IMG/VR virus record: IMGVR_UViG_3300045988_114594
Location: 1 to 39,653 of that record
Direction: 5' to 3' (one strand)
Length of the DNA stretch: 39,653 nt
Source: a virus
The notes beneath the pieces were generated by a model that did no database searches, had not been told where the DNA came from, and saw only the letters and a program-made list of their open reading frames with translations. Positions 24,823 through 30,403 of the stretch are shown in pieces. The translations under genes and the position numbers were made by a program. Position 1 is the first letter of the stretch. Each line of letters starts with the position of its first letter.

Positions 24823-25527
24823 ATGACCAACAATTGGCCCGTAGCACCCCTAATCCGCATCAAGCGCGGCCTCAAGATTCAGGAGGAGATAAGGGATGAG
24901 CTCGCAATCCGAAACACGAATGGCAGCTACATGACCCAAAAGTACACCCTCTACAGCACGGGCGCGTACAACGTGATCGACGAGTGGGAGGATGTGACCC
25001 CAGTCCCCACCGCCGCGCTCAAGCACCTACGGGATGTGTTCCTTGGCGTTGAGTTGCCACTCACGCAGTTCGCCGCCATCCAGCAGGTCGTCTCCCACCT
25101 GCCCGCTGACAAGCCCAGCCCACTCGACCGGGCCGCAGACCTCGCCAGAAAGTTAAAGGGCCCGAGGGTCACGCCAGATGACACAACATCGCGTCGCCTC
25201 GCCATCCTCCTCGAAGCAATCTCCTTCACTCACGCGTCCCCCTGCAAGGAGGCTGAGCTCACTGAGATAGCCCGCACCTGCGCGGACTGGCTGTACATCA
25301 TGAACCCGAACCGCGTTGGCCTGGATGACATTGAGACCTCCGCCAGAGAGATCGACAGAATCCCTGATGATGAGGAGAATCGATACATGTCGCTAACCTA
25401 TCGCTTCGCCCAGGCAGCAACCCTGATCGGCGAGGGGGACCACGGCGGGCAGGAGATCATGGAACTGGGTGCCTACGCCCTCGCCTGGGCGGCCCAGATC
25501 ATCGAGGAGGAGGACGCCCATGACTGA
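24823..25527 (+). CDS. Hypothetical protein (C-terminus weakly MazG/all-alpha NTP-PPase-like)
   Basis: This 234-aa ORF has an AGGAG RBS. The C-terminal EIMELGAYALAWAAQI resembles the VGALALAWLTRY segment of the 22179 gene. The region has lower GC than the rest of the genome. Confidence 0.55.
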   Translation: MTNNWPVAPLIRIKRGLKIQEEIRDELAIRNTNGSYMTQKYTLYSTGAYNVIDEWEDVTPVPTAALKHLRDVFLGVELPLTQFAAIQQVVSHLPADKPSPLDRAADLARKLKGPRVTPDDTTSRRLAILLEAISFTHASPCKEAELTEIARTCADWLYIMNPNRVGLDDIETSAREIDRIPDDEENRYMSLTYRFAQAATLIGEGDHGGQEIMELGAYALAWAAQIIEEEDAHD

Positions 25528-25840
25528 CATCTCTCGCGAGGTGGCCCTATACTTCGTGGCGAAGGCGATGGCCGCTCGCATGATCGAGGGGGCGGTCACC
25601 GACATTGAGTCCGAGCACTCGACCCTCATCCCGTCCCTGACACTGGAGAACCGTCAGACCATCGCTCAGGAGATGCGAGCCATCGCTGCGAGCGTGGACT
25701 GCGAGCAGAGCCAGTACGACCTCGCTAAACGGGCGCTTGAGGGAGAGGTGCTGGCCGTCGAGCGGGCGCGAGCCGGGGTAGCCAACTTGGAGCCCGTCAG
25801 GTTCCCCGCCCACCTTATGGAGGGGCAGGACGGTGACTGA
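25520..25840 (+). CDS. Hypothetical protein
   Basis: This 106-aa ORF overlaps the upstream gene by 8 nt. Confidence 0.5.
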   Translation: MTDISREVALYFVAKAMAARMIEGAVTDIESEHSTLIPSLTLENRQTIAQEMRAIAASVDCEQSQYDLAKRALEGEVLAVERARAGVANLEPVRFPAHLMEGQDGD

Positions 25841-26600
25841 GGCCCGCTCCTGCCCGGTGACGGGGGAACCGCTAAAGGGTGACAGGTTCGTGAGCGCGAC
25901 GGCCTGCCAGCGGCTCGCAGAGGCCGCCCAGGGAATCGTGGGGCTCATGGGCGCCCTGGATGCCGCCAAGGCCGGGCTCCGGCGCGGCCAAGGCGGCGGG
26001 GGCAGCGTCACCCCATGCAGCCGCCCCCCGGTGCGGCTCGGCATCATCCAGGCCGCGAGCGCCCACGAGAGAACCCTCCTCAAATGGGCGAAATGGGCGG
26101 GAGGCGTCATCCTCGGTGGCGGCACACCCCAAACCTGGGGTGCCGTCTCCGGGATCCTCAAGCACGCCGCCCAGTACCCCGGCCGCCCCGAGCTAGCCAC
26201 CCTCATCCCCGAGGCCCTCGCCGCCATCCGGGCGATCACGGCGCTCGTGGACGTCCCCGAGGACCACCGGTTCTATGGGCGGTGCCTCACCGACCTGGGG
26301 GACCGGGGAGTGTGCGACCAGCCCATCTACGCGGCGGCGGGATCCTCGTGGGCGCGCTGCCCGGCCTGCGACACCCAGTGGGAACTCCAGCCCCTCCTCC
26401 AGTCCCACCTGGAGGCGGCCTCCGACTGGCTCGTCACCCCAGACGAAGGAGCCCGACTCCTCACACAGGCGGGCTACCCCACACGCCCCGGTACCATCCG
26501 ACTCTGGAAACACAGGGGCCACCTCACCGACACAGACGGCAGATACCACGTCGGCGACCTACTCGCCGCCGCCGCAAAACGAAAGGACAAAGCCGCATGA
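25833..26600 (+). CDS. Putative DNA-binding protein (Cys cluster plus C-terminal MerR/excisionase-like HTH)
   Basis: The ORF starts with GTG and encodes 255 aa. It has a Cys cluster (CPACDTQW) and the HTH-like segment LVTPDEGARLLTQAGYPTRPGTIRLWKHRGHL. It is the last sizeable early gene before the late region. Confidence 0.45.
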   Translation: MTEARSCPVTGEPLKGDRFVSATACQRLAEAAQGIVGLMGALDAAKAGLRRGQGGGGSVTPCSRPPVRLGIIQAASAHERTLLKWAKWAGGVILGGGTPQTWGAVSGILKHAAQYPGRPELATLIPEALAAIRAITALVDVPEDHRFYGRCLTDLGDRGVCDQPIYAAAGSSWARCPACDTQWELQPLLQSHLEAASDWLVTPDEGARLLTQAGYPTRPGTIRLWKHRGHLTDTDGRYHVGDLLAAAAKRKDKAA

Positions 26601-26812
26601 CACCCGAGGTGCTTAATCAGGCGCTCGCCATTGTCACCGAGGAAGCCGCCAAGGCGGCCGTGAAGAGAAGCCTCACCGCCGCCATGATGGGGCACGCCGC
26701 CGCCATCGGCGGCCTCGCAGCTGGACTACCAGCAGACGACGCCACCGAGGCCATAGGCCAGGTGATCGGCATGCTCATCGACTCCCGAGACGTCATCGGA
26801 GACATGAAGTGA
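26597..26812 (+). CDS. Hypothetical protein
   Basis: This 71-aa ORF is ATGA-coupled. Confidence 0.45.
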   Translation: MTPEVLNQALAIVTEEAAKAAVKRSLTAAMMGHAAAIGGLAAGLPADDATEAIGQVIGMLIDSRDVIGDMK

Positions 26813-27063
26813 GCGACATCGAGATCGTGCACCCATGGGCTGAAGCGCCCTGGGTGGCCGCGAGCGCCGAGGAACAAGCCAAGCGAGATGCAGAGGACGC
26901 CGAGTGGGACCGCCTAGCAGGCGCGATCGCACGGGTAGCCATCGCCGTCAACCGCCCCGGCAGGCTACCAGTCGAGGCTATCCCCTTCAGTCCCGGATAT
27001 GCCACCATGAGGCTCCCGGACCATCCGAGAGAGGAAGGGCCGCTACTGGTCCTCCGAACATGA
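26809..27063 (+). CDS. Hypothetical protein
   Basis: This 84-aa ORF is GTGA-coupled. It is the last gene of the rightward early operon. Confidence 0.45.
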   Translation: MSDIEIVHPWAEAPWVAASAEEQAKRDAEDAEWDRLAGAIARVAIAVNRPGRLPVEAIPFSPGYATMRLPDHPREEGPLLVLRT

Positions 27064-27064
27064 C

Positions 27065-27097
27065 GAAGGCGCCCCACCAAACCGGTGGGGCGCCTTC
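27065..27097. terminator. Bidirectional terminator between the early (+) operon and the leftward (-) operon
   Basis: A perfect 14-bp stem (GAAGGCGCCCCACC / GGTGGGGCGCCTTC) has a 5-nt loop. Confidence 0.8.
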
Positions 27098-27102
27098 CGT
27101 TC

Positions 27103-27345
27103 TCAGTACTGCTCGATCGGCAGCAGGCCACTACGGATGAGACGGTCAGTCACATAGTCTTCCTCGTCGTAGCCGACATCCGAGGTGAACCTCAGCGTCT
27201 TCGGGCCGTACACGGTCCAGCGGTGCCCGGTCAGAGTGGTCTCGCACCGGACCTCGACCTCGCGGAACTGGGCCAATTTGGGGCGGCGCGTGAGTCGGCA
27301 CACGAAGTCGGACAGGTCGACGTAGTCGTCAATGGAAACGCTCAT
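27103..27345 (-). CDS. Hypothetical protein (leftward operon A, gene 3)
   Basis: This 80-aa ORF has a GAGGA RBS. I do not recognise its family. Confidence 0.55.
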   Translation of the reverse strand: MSVSIDDYVDLSDFVCRLTRRPKLAQFREVEVRCETTLTGHRWTVYGPKTLRFTSDVGYDEEDYVTDRLIRSGLLPIEQY

Positions 27346-27378
27346 GAGTCCTCGCTAAGCGGTAGGCGTTGGGGTGGG

Positions 27379-27588
27379 TCAGTCGTCGTCTTGCTTCAGG
27401 CGGTCGATCAGCCTGCTGATCTCCACCCGGTTCATCGACTCCAGCCAGTTCTCCACGCTGCCGGAGCGTTCCCTCATCGTGGCCCCGAGGGCGGCGAACG
27501 AGGAGTTCATATACCGGGTGTCGTAGCCGGCCTCGTCGAGGAGGTAGAGGGCGTAGGCGACCTGCTTGGGGGTGGCGCTAGCGGCCAT
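27379..27588 (-). CDS. Hypothetical protein (leftward operon A, gene 2)
   Basis: This 69-aa ORF has a GGAAGGAA RBS and an acidic C-terminus (KQDDD). Confidence 0.55.
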   Translation of the reverse strand: MAASATPKQVAYALYLLDEAGYDTRYMNSSFAALGATMRERSGSVENWLESMNRVEISRLIDRLKQDDD

Positions 27589-27623
27589 GGTTGGTTCCTT
27601 CCGTGGGGTGTTTGGGTGGGTCG

Positions 27624-27665
27624 TGCCCGGCGGGGGAGTCGAACCCCCGCTGCGACCATCCGGGC
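27624..27665 (-). other. tRNA-like acceptor-stem/T-arm minihelix (not a complete tRNA)
   Basis: The minus strand reads GCCCGG-A-TGGTCGCAGC-GGGGG-TTCGACT-CCCCC-G-CCGGGC-A. It has a canonical T-arm with a TTCGA-type loop stacked on a 6-bp acceptor-like stem. The D and anticodon arms are absent. The element lies in the 88-nt gap between two minus-strand ORFs. Confidence 0.5.
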
Positions 27666-27676
27666 GGGTAGGTGGT

Positions 27677-27961
27677 TCAGTGACGCCACCTCTGACGAAG
27701 AATCTTGTGCTTGTCAGCGGCCTCGCGGATAGCGCGGTCGACAGCCCTGATGCTCGTACCGGTGAATCGTGAACGACCGCCGGAGAAGCCGCGCGGGGCC
27801 AGGAACTCGACTACGCCGCCGTGCTGGTCAGCGCGGATGATGATGGTGCACTCCGCGTCTCTGACGTTGTGGGGGTAGGCGGTGATTGCGGCGGCGGTGG
27901 CGACCTCGCCGTCCGTGTGGCGCTGGAGGGCTTCGGTGAGGCGCTGGGTGATGGTGCTCAT
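27677..27961 (-). CDS. Hypothetical protein (leftward operon A, gene 1)
   Basis: This 94-aa ORF has an AGAAAGGAA RBS that is nearly identical to the RBS of the 29186 gene. Confidence 0.55.
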   Translation of the reverse strand: MSTITQRLTEALQRHTDGEVATAAAITAYPHNVRDAECTIIIRADQHGGVVEFLAPRGFSGGRSRFTGTSIRAVDRAIREAADKHKILRQRWRH

Positions 27962-27994
27962 TTTGGGGTTCCTTTCTTTGTTCCCGATGCCTTA

Positions 27995-28024
27995 AGTGTA
28001 TGTCCACATACTCAATGGGGGCAA
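27995..28024 (-). promoter_or_regulatory. Leftward promoter P_A with palindromic operator
   Basis: On the minus strand, the -35 is TTGCCC (28024-19), the spacer is 18 nt and the -10 is TACACT (28000-27995). The palindrome GTATGT-CC-ACATAC lies at 27998-28011. The block 27959-28028 is about 75% identical to 29184-29254. Confidence 0.55.
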
Positions 28025-28028
28025 GTCT

Positions 28029-28247
28029 TTAAGATGTGCGCTGCCACACACCAAGCCAGCGGTCCAACGTCTGCCGAGTCACCCCCACCGCCAGCGCCAC
28101 CGGAGCCTTACCCTTCCCGGCACGCACCGCAGCCACCGCCGCAGCACGACGCCGCTCCTCAACCTCCTCCAGCGCCTCACGAACCGCCTCCACCTCACAA
28201 CGCAGACGATCCAACTCCAACAAGCTCGGACACTCACTCGTGCTCAC
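28029..28247 (-). CDS. Small coiled-coil plus HTH protein (candidate autoregulator of the leftward operons)
   Basis: The ORF starts with GTG at 28247 after a GGGAGGG RBS (ATG 28292 is an alternative) and encodes 72 aa. The C-terminal HTH is APVALAVGVTRQTLDRWL. Its stop abuts the -35 of P_A. Confidence 0.5.
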   Translation of the reverse strand: MSTSECPSLLELDRLRCEVEAVREALEEVEERRRAAAVAAVRAGKGKAPVALAVGVTRQTLDRWLGVWQRTS

Positions 28248-28479
28248 GACACCCTCCCTGACTCTCCAGGAGCGAATACTTCCAGGCGTCACAGATGCCT
28301 ATCATGGTGAAAGTATTGCCCTTCATGAAAACCTCATAGGCATCCACCTCACGCTCGACGTAGTCCATCGACTCCACCTGAGCCAACACCAGCCAGGACC
28401 CCAGCATGTCGCCAGGCTTCTCATCTGCCAGGTGCGCGGCCAGAGCATCCTCCAGCACCCGCTTCGTCTCGGCACTCAT
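28234..28479 (-). CDS. Hypothetical acidic protein (leftward operon B, gene 3)
   Basis: This 81-aa ORF has a GGAAGGAG RBS. Confidence 0.55.
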   Translation of the reverse strand: MSAETKRVLEDALAAHLADEKPGDMLGSWLVLAQVESMDYVEREVDAYEVFMKGNTFTMIGICDAWKYSLLESQGGCREHE

Positions 28480-28500
28480 TGTCTACTCCTTCCAGGTCAG

Positions 28501-28527
28501 GCCCGGCCCCCGACGTGAGGGCCGGGC
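28501..28527 (-). other. Intercistronic GC-rich hairpin
   Basis: GCCCGGCCC-N9-GGGCCGGGC lies between the 111-aa and 81-aa genes. Confidence 0.4.
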
Positions 28528-28537
28528 AGGTGGGTGG

Positions 28538-28873
28538 TCAGTCGTCCAGGGCATCCTGGATCATCCGGCGGTAGGCGTCGATCGCCTTCGTCACCGCCGG
28601 GGCAGGGTGACGCTCAGACGGGCCGCGATGGCCTGCATAGATCTCCTCAGGCCACTCCTCACTCGGCACGTAGACCTCCAGGTCGGGCCAGCAAGCGGGG
28701 TCCTCCGTCGTCGAGTAGGAGCCGTCAGGGTGACGCACCAAGATTGCCGCCTGGACTTCGTCGTCGATGGAGTCGAGGCAGAGGGTGATGTGCGCCCCGT
28801 CCGGGGCGTCAGCGGCGAGGACGGCACCAGGGATGTCGTAGTACTTGGCGGGGTTCCAGTTGTAGCAGGCCAT
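28538..28873 (-). CDS. Hypothetical strongly acidic protein (leftward operon B, gene 2)
   Basis: The ORF starts at ATG 28873 after a GAAAGGAA RBS and encodes 111 aa. The longer track ORF from 28945 would run through the hairpin. Confidence 0.55.
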   Translation of the reverse strand: MACYNWNPAKYYDIPGAVLAADAPDGAHITLCLDSIDDEVQAAILVRHPDGSYSTTEDPACWPDLEVYVPSEEWPEEIYAGHRGPSERHPAPAVTKAIDAYRRMIQDALDD

Positions 28874-28893
28874 GAGGGGTTCCTTTCTGGGGG

Positions 28894-28918
28894 TGCCCGC
28901 CCCTTTCCGGGGCGGGCA
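28894..28918 (-). other. Intercistronic GC-rich hairpin
   Basis: TGCCCGCCCC-TTTCC-GGGGCGGGCA lies between the 85-aa and 111-aa genes. Confidence 0.4.
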
Positions 28919-28928
28919 ACGAGGGTGT

Positions 28929-29186
28929 TCAGTTGGTGCGAGCATTGGCGAGGGCGGTAGCGATCATGCGCTCCACCACGCCGGGGAGATTGAGGAGGGT
29001 GGTGTCCTCGTAGGCGAGAGCGCAGTTCACACGGTACATCGCACCAGGGATGGGGTGGATAGTGGCGAGGCCACCAGCCCAGTGGACCTCCACCGCCTGG
29101 CCCTTGCCGCCAGGGTTGTCCTGGATGGTTACGGCGTTGCCGAAGTGCCTGATGAGGTAACTTGCTGCGACGGTGATGGGGGTCAT
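28929..29186 (-). CDS. Hypothetical protein (leftward operon B, gene 1)
   Basis: The ORF starts at ATG 29186 after an AGAAAGGAAAA RBS and encodes 85 aa. Confidence 0.55.
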   Translation of the reverse strand: MTPITVAASYLIRHFGNAVTIQDNPGGKGQAVEVHWAGGLATIHPIPGAMYRVNCALAYEDTTLLNLPGVVERMIATALANARTN

Positions 29187-29220
29187 TTCGGTTTTCCTTT
29201 CTGTCCGTTCCGATGGCTCT

Positions 29221-29250
29221 AGTGTATGCCACCATACCGAATGGACGCAA
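29221..29250 (-). promoter_or_regulatory. Leftward promoter P_B with palindromic operator
   Basis: On the minus strand, the -35 is TTGCGT (29250-45), the spacer is 18 nt and the -10 is TACACT (29226-21). The palindrome GTATG-CCAC-CATAC lies at 29224-37. Confidence 0.55.
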
Positions 29251-29256
29251 GTCTGA

Positions 29257-29440
29257 GGGGGTGCACACAAACAGTGGGGTAGGCCACAACAAAGAGGGGT
29301 GGACCTACAAAGGCGGGGCCCTATCGCAAGCACCCCACCCCCTCAAAAGCAAGGGGCACCCCCATCAAACAAGGGGGCAGGGGTAACAACACAGGGGTAG
29401 GGGGTGAACGATAAGGGGCACCCCACAACAAGCACACCCC
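29257..29440. repeat. Phased array of about nine ~20-bp units (A/C-rich CAA(A) tract followed by a GGGG run)
   Basis: G-runs start at 29257, 29276, 29296, 29315, 29353, 29373, 29394 and 29415, with spacings of 19, 20, 19, 38, 20, 21 and 21 nt. C-run variants lie at about 29333 and 29436. The region is non-coding, between P_B and the HNH gene. Confidence 0.8.
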
Positions 29441-29532
29441 AACCCTGTGATCAAACCGCAACACGCCAGCGTGCGCCACCACTTGCACACCCACACTGAA
29501 ACGCGCATCATACGAACATAGGCAAAGTGTCA

Positions 29533-29562
29533 GAGCCCAGCCACCCACAAGGTGCTGGGCTC
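29533..29562 (+). other. 9-bp-stem hairpin just upstream of the HNH start
   Basis: GAGCCCAGC-N12-GCTGGGCTC. Confidence 0.4.
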
Positions 29563-29593
29563 CACTACTGCCTACCCTTCTGGGGAGAAGGGA

Positions 29594-29992
29594 ATGGGGA
29601 GAAGCGAGGCCAGCGCCCACGCACAGCAGCGTGTGGCGCTGGCCTGCGCACACGCGCGCGAGGAGGACGACGTGGCCACCTCACGCACCGGCACCACACG
29701 CTGGCTCCACAACGCAGCAACAGCCAAGCGCAGCGCACGCGCGGCAGGACTAGAGCACTGTCCCATCTGCCACGTCCGCCTCACCTGGGACGCTGGCCTA
29801 CTGCCTAGTAGCCCTGAGGCCGACCACATCGTGCCTCACAGTCGAGGCGGAAACGACTCAATAGACAATATTCAAATCATCTGCCGAAAATGCAACCAAC
29901 GCAAAGGAAACGGCAGAAAAGCGCGGCCGCCGAAACGGAAACGTTATCAACCAGCCCGAATTCGACAGACAACCGACACCGAAACGTGGTAG
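29594..29992 (+). CDS. HNH endonuclease (terminase-associated type)
   Basis: ATG 29594 follows a GGGGAGAAGGGA RBS. The product is 132 aa with the motifs CPICH...ADHIVPHSRGGNDSIDNIQIICRKCNQRKG. The gene lies immediately upstream of TerS and TerL. Confidence 0.85.
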   Translation: MGRSEASAHAQQRVALACAHAREEDDVATSRTGTTRWLHNAATAKRSARAAGLEHCPICHVRLTWDAGLLPSSPEADHIVPHSRGGNDSIDNIQIICRKCNQRKGNGRKARPPKRKRYQPARIRQTTDTETW

Positions 29993-30103
29993 AGTAGCCG
30001 CACAAACACCAGGACAGGGGGCAATACCCTCCCGTCCCCCGTTCTCGCCCCCCCGTGGGTATAGCGGCATCTCTCCCCACTGTTTTTTCCCAAGGGGGTG
30101 CTT
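29993..30103. other. Candidate cos / packaging-initiation region
   Basis: This is the non-coding gap between the HNH and TerS genes. It contains one more CACAAACACC..GGGGG unit (30001-30024), a C7 run and a T6 run. The assignment is by analogy with HNH-dependent cos phages. Confidence 0.3.
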
Positions 30104-30403
30104 ATGAGTGCCGCGAGAAAACTCCGCGCCGTGAAGGATGGCGAGACGGCCCCCACGGCCCCTATGAGCGTCCTGGACGCAACGGAGCATGGGGACAGTA
30201 GGGACGTGATGGCGGCGATGCGTAAGCGCCTCGCAGCGTCCATCGATGACCCGAGCACCCCGGCCCGCGACCTGGCTGCCCTGTCCCGTCGCCTGCTCGA
30301 GGTGGACAAGACGATCCGGGAGATTGACCTGGCTCGAGAGGAGCATGAGCGGCAGACGGTGACTGAGGCGACGGAGGATGAGGATGGGCTCGGGGACATC
30401 TGA
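30104..30403 (+). CDS. terS: Terminase small subunit
   Basis: The product is 99 aa and the RBS is AAGGGGG. The gene lies directly upstream of TerL and overlaps it. The C-terminus is acidic. Confidence 0.65.
   Translation: MSAARKLRAVKDGETAPTAPMSVLDATEHGDSRDVMAAMRKRLAASIDDPSTPARDLAALSRRLLEVDKTIREIDLAREEHERQTVTEATEDEDGLGDI

Noticed and set aside
25547-26239. A 230-aa minus-strand ORF opposite the 25833-26600 gene.
   Set aside because: It is antisense to two coupled + strand genes, has no RBS, and has a low-complexity Pro/Arg/Ala-rich translation.
27621-27700. A possible complete tRNA gene on the minus strand.
   Set aside because: The T-arm and the 3' acceptor strand are canonical. However, the only complementary 5' strand lies 11 nt upstream of the T-arm. 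No D-arm or anticodon arm can be drawn, and the position expected for nucleotide +1 (~27696) does not pair with the 3' end. I report it as a tRNA-like minihelix instead.
29257-29440. The repeat array as a CRISPR array.
   Set aside because: The units are only ~20 bp long, with no conserved 25-40-bp repeat alternating with unique spacers. No cas genes are present. The pattern is a phased A/C-tract plus G-run motif.
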